DNA of 35,204 nucleotides. Source: an uncultured virus (IMG/VR IMGVR_UViG_3300008266_000011) (taxonomy: Duplodnaviria; Heunggongvirae; Uroviricota; Caudoviricetes). A model generated the notes under the pieces. That model made no database searches. It was not told the DNA's origin and worked only from the letters and a program-made list of their open reading frames with translations. Positions 7,593-15,710 of the stretch are shown piece after piece. The stretch's first letter is position 1, and every line of letters begins with the position of its first letter. The position numbers and the translations under genes were made by a program. The DNA lies in the IMG/VR virus record IMGVR_UViG_3300008266_000011. The stretch is one strand, 5' to 3'.

Positions 7593-8242
7593 AATGCACC
7601 TCGATGTGCAACCCAAGATACTGCTTGCGCTTTATTAGGAACTTCAACTTCTAAGTTTTGAGCAGCAGCATGATAAGCATGAACAAAGTGGTCGTATCTA
7701 TTTTTTGCAGATAAACCAATGTCCGGAGACATCTTGCCACCTCCACCACGTGGTGTTGACTTACGACCAGTTCCTACAAAAGGATTTCCCATTGCAATAT
7801 CATAAGCATGACGGTCAATAGTTACAGGTTGAGGATTACTTGGGTCATGGATATTTTCAAAAAAACTACGAACTTTATGTCCACCCAATACTTCGTGTGG
7901 GTCTTCTCCAGAATGAATTCTTTGTGCTTTTTCAACATTTGCTCTTATCAAACTGCTAGGAGAGTCTCCTGTTTTTGCCAACTGATGTGCGTACGCAACA
8001 TTCTTATCCCAGTCAGTTAACGGAGATAATGCAGCGATAATTCCTGCACCTCTTCTAACGTCTCCTCCACCAACTTTTTTGGCTTCATCGTGAGCACGCT
8101 CATACCATTCAGAACCGCCTTTTAATAACTTAGGCGTTGCTTCTCTGTATTTGTTAACAATGTTCTTTACGTGCAAGTCAAACTGTTGTTGCGCTAAATT
8201 TTTATCAAAACGACCATGTTCGTTAACACCAAAGTAAGCCAT
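7589..8242 (-). CDS. HhH DNA-glycosylase-like phage protein
   Basis: WY...IIAALSP...W..N...GHKVRSF..NI...VTIDRHA...QAVSW; the Lys and the IDxH motif resemble EndoIII-family catalytic elements; start moved to ATG 8242 (TAATG coupling). Confidence 0.55.
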   Translation of the reverse strand: MAYFGVNEHGRFDKNLAQQQFDLHVKNIVNKYREATPKLLKGGSEWYERAHDEAKKVGGGDVRRGAGIIAALSPLTDWDKNVAYAHQLAKTGDSPSSLIRANVEKAQRIHSGEDPHEVLGGHKVRSFFENIHDPSNPQPVTIDRHAYDIAMGNPFVGTGRKSTPRGGGGKMSPDIGLSAKNRYDHFVHAYHAAAQNLEVEVPNKAQAVSWVAHRGAL

Positions 8243-8775
8243 TATCGCCACGCAGGTTTCAAATAAGCAAGCATATTCTGACGACGAACATCAATCTGAC
8301 CTGGAGCATCAGATACAAGGTTGGATTTACCATCATTGACAAGGTGTGGTGCAGGAGTTAACTGTGTTTGTGGAGCAAATCTTGGTGAACGATAAACTGT
8401 TGCTCCAGAACTTGAGTCTACTTGTGCACGCATTTGTCGTATTAAACCCATATCTGGTGTGAACTCTTGAGGCCAAAAGTACATTGATGGCTCAATACGC
8501 TCACCCTTATGTACACCACGTTGATATGCTTTTTGATTAACGCGAGATTTAACAGAGTCAAGAAGCCTGTCATCACGACGAGAACGAATTGTTCCTAGAT
8601 AACCATCTGGATACTCTGCAGAAGGTACACGACCAACACCAATACGCGTTGCATCTAGAGTGTCACGAGCAACTGGAGTTCCTGCGCCACCCTGATTGTT
8701 ATAGCCGTAGAATCCACCAGCGCCTAATGATTGCCAGTTCTGAGATGCTGAGAAGTTATTTGAGCCAGTTGGCAT
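8242..8775 (-). CDS. Hypothetical protein
   Basis: 177 aa, PSAEYPDGYLGTI...RGVHKGERI; TGATG coupling, SD GAGGGG. Confidence 0.8.
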   Translation of the reverse strand: MPTGSNNFSASQNWQSLGAGGFYGYNNQGGAGTPVARDTLDATRIGVGRVPSAEYPDGYLGTIRSRRDDRLLDSVKSRVNQKAYQRGVHKGERIEPSMYFWPQEFTPDMGLIRQMRAQVDSSSGATVYRSPRFAPQTQLTPAPHLVNDGKSNLVSDAPGQIDVRRQNMLAYLKPAWR

Positions 8776-9353
8776 CAGACACCCCTCTTTCTACGGTTCT
8801 TTGCAATCTTTGCATACACTTCATTGATTGATATTGGCTTACCCTTTAGACGTGCGCCTCGACTAATGTGAGACTGTTCTACAAATTCCATAGACTTTGG
8901 TTTTGGCTCCATACGTTCTGCAGCGCTAGTCTCTGTCGCACTACTACGAAATTCTGGGTTAGACTCAATTCCCCTCAACTGACGGCTAAAGTAAATATTG
9001 CCACCTTCAGGACGACGTACATCTGTTCCACCAAGGTCATATCCTGCAATTTGTTCGTCGCGTTCTCCAGCGACACGTGCTGATTCAAGGTCAGGATGTT
9101 TACGACTTACATCTTGAAATATCTTATTTCCAGACTTCCAAGCACCTTGATAGTCATAAGAAGTTGCCTGTACTTCGTGTTGTTTTCTAAAAGACTTTGC
9201 TTGCTCAGGAGTTAAAGGAGCATTTGTTATTTTTTCTGCGCCAGGTTTAGACACCATAACTCCAGGACCTTCAGCAGGTTCAAAGGTTTGTAAGTTACGG
9301 CTTGCACCACCTTTATTTGCTAAGTTTGCAAATTCAGCGTTACTCAGTACCAC
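8775..9353 (-). CDS. Hypothetical protein
   Basis: 192 aa; GAW...FQDVS...EQIAGYDL core; SD AAGGGG. Confidence 0.75.
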   Translation of the reverse strand: MVLSNAEFANLANKGGASRNLQTFEPAEGPGVMVSKPGAEKITNAPLTPEQAKSFRKQHEVQATSYDYQGAWKSGNKIFQDVSRKHPDLESARVAGERDEQIAGYDLGGTDVRRPEGGNIYFSRQLRGIESNPEFRSSATETSAAERMEPKPKSMEFVEQSHISRGARLKGKPISINEVYAKIAKNRRKRGV

Positions 9354-9615
9354 GGCCTACCCCCTTGTCGGAGCGAGGCATACTAGGAGAAGTATCACTA
9401 TCAAAATTGTATGTAGAACCAGCACTACGCTTTGAATATGGAAGAGGTCTTCCACCACCCATATCACGGGTACGCCAAGCAGTACGTTGTTCATAGGTTC
9501 CACGAGTTGAAGACCCGTATGAAACTGGTGAATCTACATCGGGTGTGACTGGCTTTACAATGCTGCTGTCGTCATCATCCCCGAACTGTGAATAAGAACG
9601 AGGCTGTCTCGGCAC
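9340..9615 (-). CDS. Low-complexity hypothetical protein
   Basis: 91 aa, S/D/R/G-rich, fits between its neighbours. Confidence 0.65.
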   Translation of the reverse strand: MPRQPRSYSQFGDDDDSSIVKPVTPDVDSPVSYGSSTRGTYEQRTAWRTRDMGGGRPLPYSKRSAGSTYNFDSDTSPSMPRSDKGVGRGTE

Positions 9616-9617
9616 TT

Positions 9618-10076
9618 CTAGTAACCGCTATCCATTCCGTAGTTAAAGTCAGCACTTTGACGTCCCTTGCTTGATGGAACAATCTTTGCATTACTAAGAG
9701 TTGCTGATGCTTCAATTGAATGAACTGCTGGAAACTTTGCGCCAACAACATAACGAGCACCCATACGCTCAGACTGTGCTGCATTTCCTGCAGGAACATT
9801 CTTGCGATTTACTTTTGCCCCATAATTTGGGTCGCCAGCCTGTGTGTTCTTCTTAGGCATTAGTTTGCCTTTTAGTGGTTTTCCACTTATGTTTGTTACG
9901 CCTGAATAATCTGAGCCAACATAGCGACGTGCGCTTGACATGTGTGCTGCAGATGCGAGAACTTCTTCTGGGGTATCAATATTTCTGTTTTTCATAGTAC
10001 CTGCCGATTCTGAGTGGCTTGCGGAAAGGCCCATGCGACGACGCATTGCATGACCCATGTCTGACCAATTTGCCAT
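9618..10076 (-). CDS. Basic hypothetical protein, first gene of the small-gene array
   Basis: 152 aa; SD AAGGGAG; candidate -10 TATCCT upstream. Confidence 0.75.
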   Translation of the reverse strand: MANWSDMGHAMRRRMGLSASHSESAGTMKNRNIDTPEEVLASAAHMSSARRYVGSDYSGVTNISGKPLKGKLMPKKNTQAGDPNYGAKVNRKNVPAGNAAQSERMGARYVVGAKFPAVHSIEASATLSNAKIVPSSKGRQSADFNYGMDSGY

Positions 10077-10116
10077 AGTAACTCCCTTGCTTTAACCCAA
10101 GGATAAACCTGTTTTA

Positions 10117-10404
10117 TCAGGCTGTAATGACGAATACGATGGCGCTTATCTCTCCATCTCGGCTCTCAATAGTGGTAAACCCTGGCTTACAGGTTAAGTC
10201 CATGCCACGAGGAGCGACATAGCCACGAGAGATAGCGATTGCCTTTACGGCTTGATTTACAGCACCAGCACCTACGGCACGTAGTTTTACTTCATGCTTT
10301 TCATAGAGTGCATGAGCGATTGCTGATGCTACTGATTGTGGATTAGACCCTGCGCTTACTCGTAAAAACGGTTCTTCAGTAGAGATTATTGGTTCTATAG
10401 ACAC
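10117..10404 (-). CDS. spoVS: SpoVS family (Alba-like fold) protein
   Basis: LRVSAGSNPQSVASAIA...AVGAGAVNQAVKAIAISRGYVAPRG.DL...PGF closely matches the SpoVS consensus. Confidence 0.92.
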   Translation of the reverse strand: MSIEPIISTEEPFLRVSAGSNPQSVASAIAHALYEKHEVKLRAVGAGAVNQAVKAIAISRGYVAPRGMDLTCKPGFTTIESRDGEISAIVFVITA

Positions 10405-10459
10405 GATTGTTAGTCCTTTGGTTCCGATGTAGTGCCGCTCCTAGGACAAAATGGTATGG

Positions 10460-11038
10460 CTAATCTCTTGGTTGGTCTCGGTATTTGAGGTCTTTCATTT
10501 GCTCTACTACAGACTCTTCTACCTTGTCTTTATAGATGCCAGCAGCCAGTCTAGCCAAGGCATATGAGTCGGCAGCGTTGTCATCATTAAACTCTATGCC
10601 CCAGCGTTTATACATCTGTAGCAGCATCTCCTGCTTTTTGGCATTTCCCTTACCTGCTGCGTATTTCTTTAAAGTCATAGGGGGAACCATTACTGGAAAC
10701 CTAGTATCGTCATCAAAATAGTCGTAAATAGCCAACTTTACTAGGGCGGATAATTCACCTAAAACTAATGCAGAGTAACTGGCAAGAACAGTTCCCTCCA
10801 TTGCAATTTTGTCTATTGCGTGTGTTTCAGACACATAGTCTAGATGGTCAAATAAGAATTGCCTTATATCAACCAAACGTTCGACACCAAAGTATGGAGA
10901 CTTATAAACCCACGTGTGATATTTAGACGGGTCACTTACTTGAAGCGCAGTTACAGCAAATCCAGTAAGTGACTGGTCGATACCTATTGTTACTAAATTA
11001 CCGTCCTCAAGATTGCCGTCAAACGACTTTGTTGGCAC
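10460..11038 (-). CDS. ruvC: RuvC-like Holliday junction resolvase
   Basis: IGIDQS, IAMEG, LKKYAAGKGNAKK and DNAADSYALA catalytic motifs. Confidence 0.88.
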   Translation of the reverse strand: MPTKSFDGNLEDGNLVTIGIDQSLTGFAVTALQVSDPSKYHTWVYKSPYFGVERLVDIRQFLFDHLDYVSETHAIDKIAMEGTVLASYSALVLGELSALVKLAIYDYFDDDTRFPVMVPPMTLKKYAAGKGNAKKQEMLLQMYKRWGIEFNDDNAADSYALARLAAGIYKDKVEESVVEQMKDLKYRDQPRD

Positions 11039-11303
11039 GGCGTTCTCTTTCGGTAATGACCATGTCTACAGTTCCAAGATAACCAGCGCCGTCTACCAAG
11101 TTATCCCTCTTATGCTTGTAGGCTTCTCGTGCAATCTTGACCCACGCCATGGCGAGTCCAACTTGCTCTTCAGTAACATCAATTCCAAATATTACTTCCC
11201 ATCCCTTTTTTATCCTATTAAAGTTATCTAAAGGGTGGTCGTAAGATTCGTTTCTGTCGTTGTTTATTAACTGATGTGCTTCTGGCAGAACTGGTTCACT
11301 CAT
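11019..11303 (-). CDS. DUF6378-type small helical phage protein (nucleotide diphosphohydrolase-like)
   Basis: DR..SY.HP.DNF.RI...W...MAWVKIAR...DNLVDGAGY; start moved to ATG 11303 (ATGA overlap). Confidence 0.75.
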   Translation of the reverse strand: MSEPVLPEAHQLINNDRNESYDHPLDNFNRIKKGWEVIFGIDVTEEQVGLAMAWVKIAREAYKHKRDNLVDGAGYLGTVDMVITERERRANKVV

Positions 11304-12172
11304 GGAATAAACACATACCTTCCTGTTAACCATTGGTTAGATGCAGTTGTTGTTGTAATACTTGCGTAAGTCTCGTTAATAGTTGACTTTAGGTTCTTCA
11401 TCCACCAGCCAGCGAAGGCTGCAGTTGCATTAGATGTACCAACAGCAAACTGTCGTGAGCCATTCTGTGCAGTGTGGAAGAAGCGACCATTGGTATAGAA
11501 GTCAGTAGTTGCACTGCCATTGCTGTACAGGGCAATAGTTGGTGTTGCGTTCTTATCCCACGCAGAGCCAGCCAAAGGATTGTCTGTTGCTCCAACAGAG
11601 ACGACGTCATCGATACAAGAAGGAACAGCAATGTTAGTTCTGTTCTTCTCATTACCTGTAGAGGCTATTACTGCCACTTCTTGCTTTTTCAGAGAAGAAA
11701 CGGCACCAGTTAATTCTGGTGTTGCTCTACATGGGGCGTTTACTCTTCCTTGTGAAACGCTTACAGCCTTGATGTTTAATCGTGATGAATTATTGACTAT
11801 CCAAACAAGAGCCTTTGTAATGTCATCAATAGTGTAGGCACCAGCACGACCATTGGTGTTCATTCCTAGAACTCGAACTAATACAACTTTGGCATCTGGA
11901 TTTACCGATGTAAGAATTGAAAGCATCGTTGTTCCATGAGCAAATGCGGGAAGTGCATTAGCAGAAACTGATGCTGCTCCAACACCTTCTTGGAATCTTT
12001 GACCATTTGGACACGCTGCGTTTGAAACAATACAGACTTCGGTTACAACATTATTTGGAAACAACGATGCGTTGAATCCAACATCAATGATTGCAACAGT
12101 TGGTGTTGTGTTTGCTTGGGCTGGAAATGAAACTCCAACCAATAGTAAAACAAGTGCAAGTAACTTTCTCAT
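11300..12172 (-). CDS. Subtilisin-like S8 serine protease with signal peptide
   Basis: MRKLLALVLLLVGVSFPAQA signal; triad motifs VAIIDVG, HGT and GTSNA; oxyanion motif STGN. Confidence 0.9.
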   Translation of the reverse strand: MRKLLALVLLLVGVSFPAQANTTPTVAIIDVGFNASLFPNNVVTEVCIVSNAACPNGQRFQEGVGAASVSANALPAFAHGTTMLSILTSVNPDAKVVLVRVLGMNTNGRAGAYTIDDITKALVWIVNNSSRLNIKAVSVSQGRVNAPCRATPELTGAVSSLKKQEVAVIASTGNEKNRTNIAVPSCIDDVVSVGATDNPLAGSAWDKNATPTIALYSNGSATTDFYTNGRFFHTAQNGSRQFAVGTSNATAAFAGWWMKNLKSTINETYASITTTTASNQWLTGRYVFIP

Positions 12173-12618
12173 ACGTATTCCCTCCTCGGCCCTCCAGCCG
12201 TTCTCCTAGTTATTTCCCTAGATACTAGAGTGATGTCTCGCTCCTGATTGTTGAGCATCATCTCTAGAATCTTTCGACGAGCATACCGCTCCTCAAACTT
12301 ATCTTCCAATTCGAGCACATCCTCATCAATAGCAATCTGAGCCTTTATGAGGGTTACCTTATCACCCTTCGTGGCAGTGCCCATTTTCTCTACCATCATC
12401 CTATTGACTTTTAAATCAAAGGCTCTTTGAGCGGCTCTTTCATCTAATTGAGCCTGAGCCAGTTGAGAGGCTGTGTAGTCAGCCCATCCAGTAAGAACAG
12501 TAAACAGTTCTGCTAACTGCTCACTGCTCAAAGAAGTGATGTCAGGTGGCAGAGGCGTTAAGTCGTACGTTGGTTTTTGTACGTCTATCGCTTTTTGTGT
12601 TAAGGAATCAAGTCGCAT
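12169..12618 (-). CDS. Coiled-coil protein, possibly a UvsY-like recombination mediator
   Basis: Helical 149-aa protein ending SREITRR, located in the recombination cluster; function inferred from context only. Confidence 0.5.
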   Translation of the reverse strand: MRLDSLTQKAIDVQKPTYDLTPLPPDITSLSSEQLAELFTVLTGWADYTASQLAQAQLDERAAQRAFDLKVNRMMVEKMGTATKGDKVTLIKAQIAIDEDVLELEDKFEERYARRKILEMMLNNQERDITLVSREITRRTAGGPRREYV

Positions 12619-13430
12619 TGCTTACACCCATCTGAAGAGACATTGCATTTAGGCATATCGTCAGCCTCAACTGCATCTACTACCTTTTTGGCTGCATTAA
12701 AAACTCTTTCTACCACTTCATAATTAGCCTTTACCGTAAACTCTTTATAAGACTGGTCTGCTTTAAGTTCATAAATAAAGACCATCTCTTTGGGCGCATC
12801 TTCACCAAACATACGATTAGCCAGTTCTAGGTACATCTGACCCTGTAGCAAGTGACTGCGAAAAGGTCTGCGTATGTTTTTCCAAGCCTTTGTAACATCT
12901 CCGTCTGCGTCATACAGAAGTTCAGGAGCCTCAAATCTGAGAGTTCCAGCACCTATGGACTTGATTTCAATTAAACAATCTTCTCCAAGTCCCTTTATCC
13001 AACCGTCAGCATGACCGTGTATACGGAGTGACTCATCTTTTAATGGAACTTCTAAGTACTCATCCTCTGCATCAACGTCAGAAGATATGTTCCATCCTTT
13101 GCCTATAGGTCCATGCCACATTCCATAAAGAACTCCCATTTCACGGAATCGGGTCTGCCACTTTGCGTGAATAGCATGGCCTTCATCAAAGATATTCTGC
13201 AGTCTTAGACCTGGCTTTTCTTTTTTAGCAACTCCACCCTTTAACAAATAGAAGGCGTAGCGGTGACACCAATCGGCCTTTATTATCTCTGATGGGTGTA
13301 GAACATCTGTTCTACGAGGACTAGGTGGCTTTAATAGAATGTGCCTTTCTACATCTCCAATAAGTCTAGTTTCAACCTTTTTTGCATCCAAGAACTTCTT
13401 GAAGTCTTTCGACGCTTGAACTGACATCAC
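12600..13430 (-). CDS. Cas4-like / RecB-family PD-(D/E)XK exonuclease
   Basis: HPSE...C, G.AIH, GHADG, IEIKS, Q..MY and C-terminal C...CxxC (split Fe-S cysteines). Confidence 0.85.
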   Translation of the reverse strand: MMSVQASKDFKKFLDAKKVETRLIGDVERHILLKPPSPRRTDVLHPSEIIKADWCHRYAFYLLKGGVAKKEKPGLRLQNIFDEGHAIHAKWQTRFREMGVLYGMWHGPIGKGWNISSDVDAEDEYLEVPLKDESLRIHGHADGWIKGLGEDCLIEIKSIGAGTLRFEAPELLYDADGDVTKAWKNIRRPFRSHLLQGQMYLELANRMFGEDAPKEMVFIYELKADQSYKEFTVKANYEVVERVFNAAKKVVDAVEADDMPKCNVSSDGCKQCDLIP

Positions 13431-13744
13431 ACTTCCTTACTGAATATGTATTCTTTGAGGGTCATTTTCTTTTTGTATTTCTTTTGCCACTTTCTTATTA
13501 GAGCGTTTCTCTCACGATGAGAAAGACCTCCCCATATTCCATGCGGTTCATCTCGTGAGACCGCATCCCACAAACATTCTTTTTTGACAGGACAGTGGTT
13601 CTTTCCACTCTCACCAAAACAGAACGCTTTTGCTTTCGTAGCGATAACTTTGTACTGCTCTTTATCTCTTGGCGGATAAAAGAGGTCGGTATCTTCTCCT
13701 GAGCAACGTGCTTGGTATCTCCAAGCGTACTCTGGTTCATCCAT
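13427..13744 (-). CDS. whiB: WhiB-family Fe-S transcription factor
   Basis: W...ARC...D.DLFYP...AK..C...CPV...C...GIWGGLS..ER. Confidence 0.93.
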   Translation of the reverse strand: MDEPEYAWRYQARCSGEDTDLFYPPRDKEQYKVIATKAKAFCFGESGKNHCPVKKECLWDAVSRDEPHGIWGGLSHRERNALIRKWQKKYKKKMTLKEYIFSKEV

Positions 13745-13747
13745 GTG

Positions 13748-14065
13748 TTAGGCATCCTTTGTCTTATCCCTCATCTCTAGGAAATCATTCTCAAGAAGAA
13801 TGACATAATCTTCCCCATCGAGATGAACACCAAGAACTGGCATTCTTCCTTCAAGGATTGCCTCTCTAACGTTTTTCTTTAGTACATCGGACTTTATAGT
13901 GAACTGTTTTTTACCAGTCCACTTGTGCTCAATCAGCAGGTCTTCTGACCGCACATCGCCCTTTCTTGCCCAAAGAGCCCCAGAAGCCGCGTTGCGTGTC
14001 CCACCAATTGTTTTGGCAAGTCGCTTTTCGTGCTTCTTGGACTCTTTTTGCCCTTTACTCCTCAA
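13748..14065 (-). CDS. Small PD-(D/E)XK nuclease (Hjc-like resolvase)
   Basis: E..LAK...SGA...KGDV...LLIEHK; TTG start. Confidence 0.75.
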   Translation of the reverse strand: MRSKGQKESKKHEKRLAKTIGGTRNAASGALWARKGDVRSEDLLIEHKWTGKKQFTIKSDVLKKNVREAILEGRMPVLGVHLDGEDYVILLENDFLEMRDKTKDA

Positions 14066-14300
14066 GTTCTATTTTGCCTTCTTCGTAGCCACGAAGCAAC
14101 TTGGGAACTATGTAGAACAGTGTCTCTCTCCAAAAACATCTGTTACATCCACAAAATGGTTCTCCTGACAAAGTTTCAGTTATCTCATCTTCTGTTCCTT
14201 CAGGATATATGGCTTCAAACAACATATCGGTGTAGTCCTCTACACCTCGTTCTAGTTCTTCAGCCCAACCTGAGTCATTTATCACAAATCTGTTACTCAT
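14055..14300 (-). CDS. Small acidic protein with CGCxxC motif
   Basis: Start moved to ATG 14300 (MSNRFVIND), overlapping the end of recA; PFCGCNRC. Confidence 0.7.
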   Translation of the reverse strand: MSNRFVINDSGWAEELERGVEDYTDMLFEAIYPEGTEDEITETLSGEPFCGCNRCFWRETLFYIVPKLLRGYEEGKIELEE

Positions 14301-15339
14301 CAATACCCACCACAATGGAATCGTTGGATTCGAGGACAGCCTTTTCAAGTTCTTCCTTGAAATCAATTTCGCCACGGAGGCTATCAATAACTGGTTCGAT
14401 TCCTTGCCATTTTCTTTCTCCATAGTAATACCACCCACCTTTTCTTTCAATCAATCCTTTTACGACTGCAAGAGATGCAATCTCTTTAGCAAAGTCGTAC
14501 TCTCCAGGAAGACAAGAACCACCGTCTGCAAAGTAGAAGTCAAAGTAGGCAACTCTTTGTGGAGGAGCGGTCTTGTTCTTTAGTGTACGAACCTTAATTC
14601 TCTGTCCAACACGAACCTTGTTATTACCGGAACCAAGTTCAATCCATTCATCACGGCGAACTTCACAGCGAGTAAAGAATGCGTAGTTCTTACCTTCTCC
14701 ACCAGGAGTGGTGCGTGGGTCTCCGTGCATCACGCCAATCTTCATTCTGTATTGATTAATAACTATTCCTAAAACAGGTCTCTCTGCTTCAACAAGACTT
14801 CTTTTCATTGCGGTACCGACAACACGAAAGAACTTGTTTGTTAACAGTGCACCTTTTCCTACAGTCATTTCGTCCATACTCTTTTCCAACTCAGGAGAAG
14901 GAGAAAGGGCTGGCAAAGAGTCAATGACTATAGCATCTACAGATTTAGACTCTGCAAAGGCAATGACGGCATCGTATGCCTCTTCCATAACAGAAGTTTC
15001 AACAACAATTACACGAGAAGTATCAACTCCACACATCTCTGCATATTCAGGAACCCACGCTTCTGCAGCAACCCATACAGTTGTGAAATCAGGGTTCTTT
15101 GCTTGATTTGCAGCAATCGCTTTTAATGCAACTGCGGTTTTACCATGTGAAGGCTCGCCAATAAGTTCGTTCCATTGGTTTCCAGGAAATCCACCACCCA
15201 AAACATAATCGAGAGTTGTAGAACCGCTGGTAAACCTAGGTACAAGGTCAGAACGAATGTCACTAGCGAATACAACAACACCATCACCAAACTTTTTATT
15301 GAGTTGTGCAACAATTTTTTTAGCCTCATCAGTTATCAT
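14293..15339 (-). CDS. recA: RecA recombinase
   Basis: SGS..LD..LGGG, GEPSHGKT (Walker A), IVIDSL (Walker B), INQYRMKIGVMHGDP..TPGG, KNKTAPP. Confidence 0.96.
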   Translation of the reverse strand: MITDEAKKIVAQLNKKFGDGVVVFASDIRSDLVPRFTSGSTTLDYVLGGGFPGNQWNELIGEPSHGKTAVALKAIAANQAKNPDFTTVWVAAEAWVPEYAEMCGVDTSRVIVVETSVMEEAYDAVIAFAESKSVDAIVIDSLPALSPSPELEKSMDEMTVGKGALLTNKFFRVVGTAMKRSLVEAERPVLGIVINQYRMKIGVMHGDPRTTPGGEGKNYAFFTRCEVRRDEWIELGSGNNKVRVGQRIKVRTLKNKTAPPQRVAYFDFYFADGGSCLPGEYDFAKEIASLAVVKGLIERKGGWYYYGERKWQGIEPVIDSLRGEIDFKEELEKAVLESNDSIVVGIDE

Positions 15340-15710
15340 CCATCAATCCTTCCAATTATCTGTTGTGGGTTAAAATTATTTATTGCATCATTTCCTCTGG
15401 CTGATTTTGTAGCGCCCTCTACTTTAGCACCAGTTAAAGAACCATATCTACTACCGGATTGTTCTAAAGGATACCCACAGTCATAGCAACGAAGTTTTGC
15501 ACCACCAACACTCATGTAGTTACTAGAAGAACAATTTGGACACGACTGCGTTTGATTAGCACTCTGTGCTTTAGATAAAACTGGATTTGATTGTGGTGGA
15601 ACATATGGAGTCATTGGTTGTTGAGACGGCGGCATTGGCATATCTGCAGGACGCGGTTGTTGCGCAGGTTGTTGTCCAAGTTTGTTAGCCCACCAGTTAG
15701 CGTTACTCAT
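15336..15710 (-). CDS. Zinc-ribbon protein with Pro/Gln-rich N-terminus
   Basis: CPNC...CYDCGYP; start moved to ATG 15710 (MSNANWW). Confidence 0.75.
   Translation of the reverse strand: MSNANWWANKLGQQPAQQPRPADMPMPPSQQPMTPYVPPQSNPVLSKAQSANQTQSCPNCSSSNYMSVGGAKLRCYDCGYPLEQSGSRYGSLTGAKVEGATKSARGNDAINNFNPQQIIGRIDG

Noticed and set aside
12600..13430. Cas4-like gene as part of a CRISPR system
   Set aside because: No repeat-spacer array or other cas genes seen; solo Cas4-like exonucleases are common in phage recombination modules
14301..14450. Long N-terminal extension of ORF 14055..14450 (similarly those starting at 7616, 8251, 11333, 15728 and 21916)
   Set aside because: The extensions overlap upstream genes; downstream ATGs give canonical coupling
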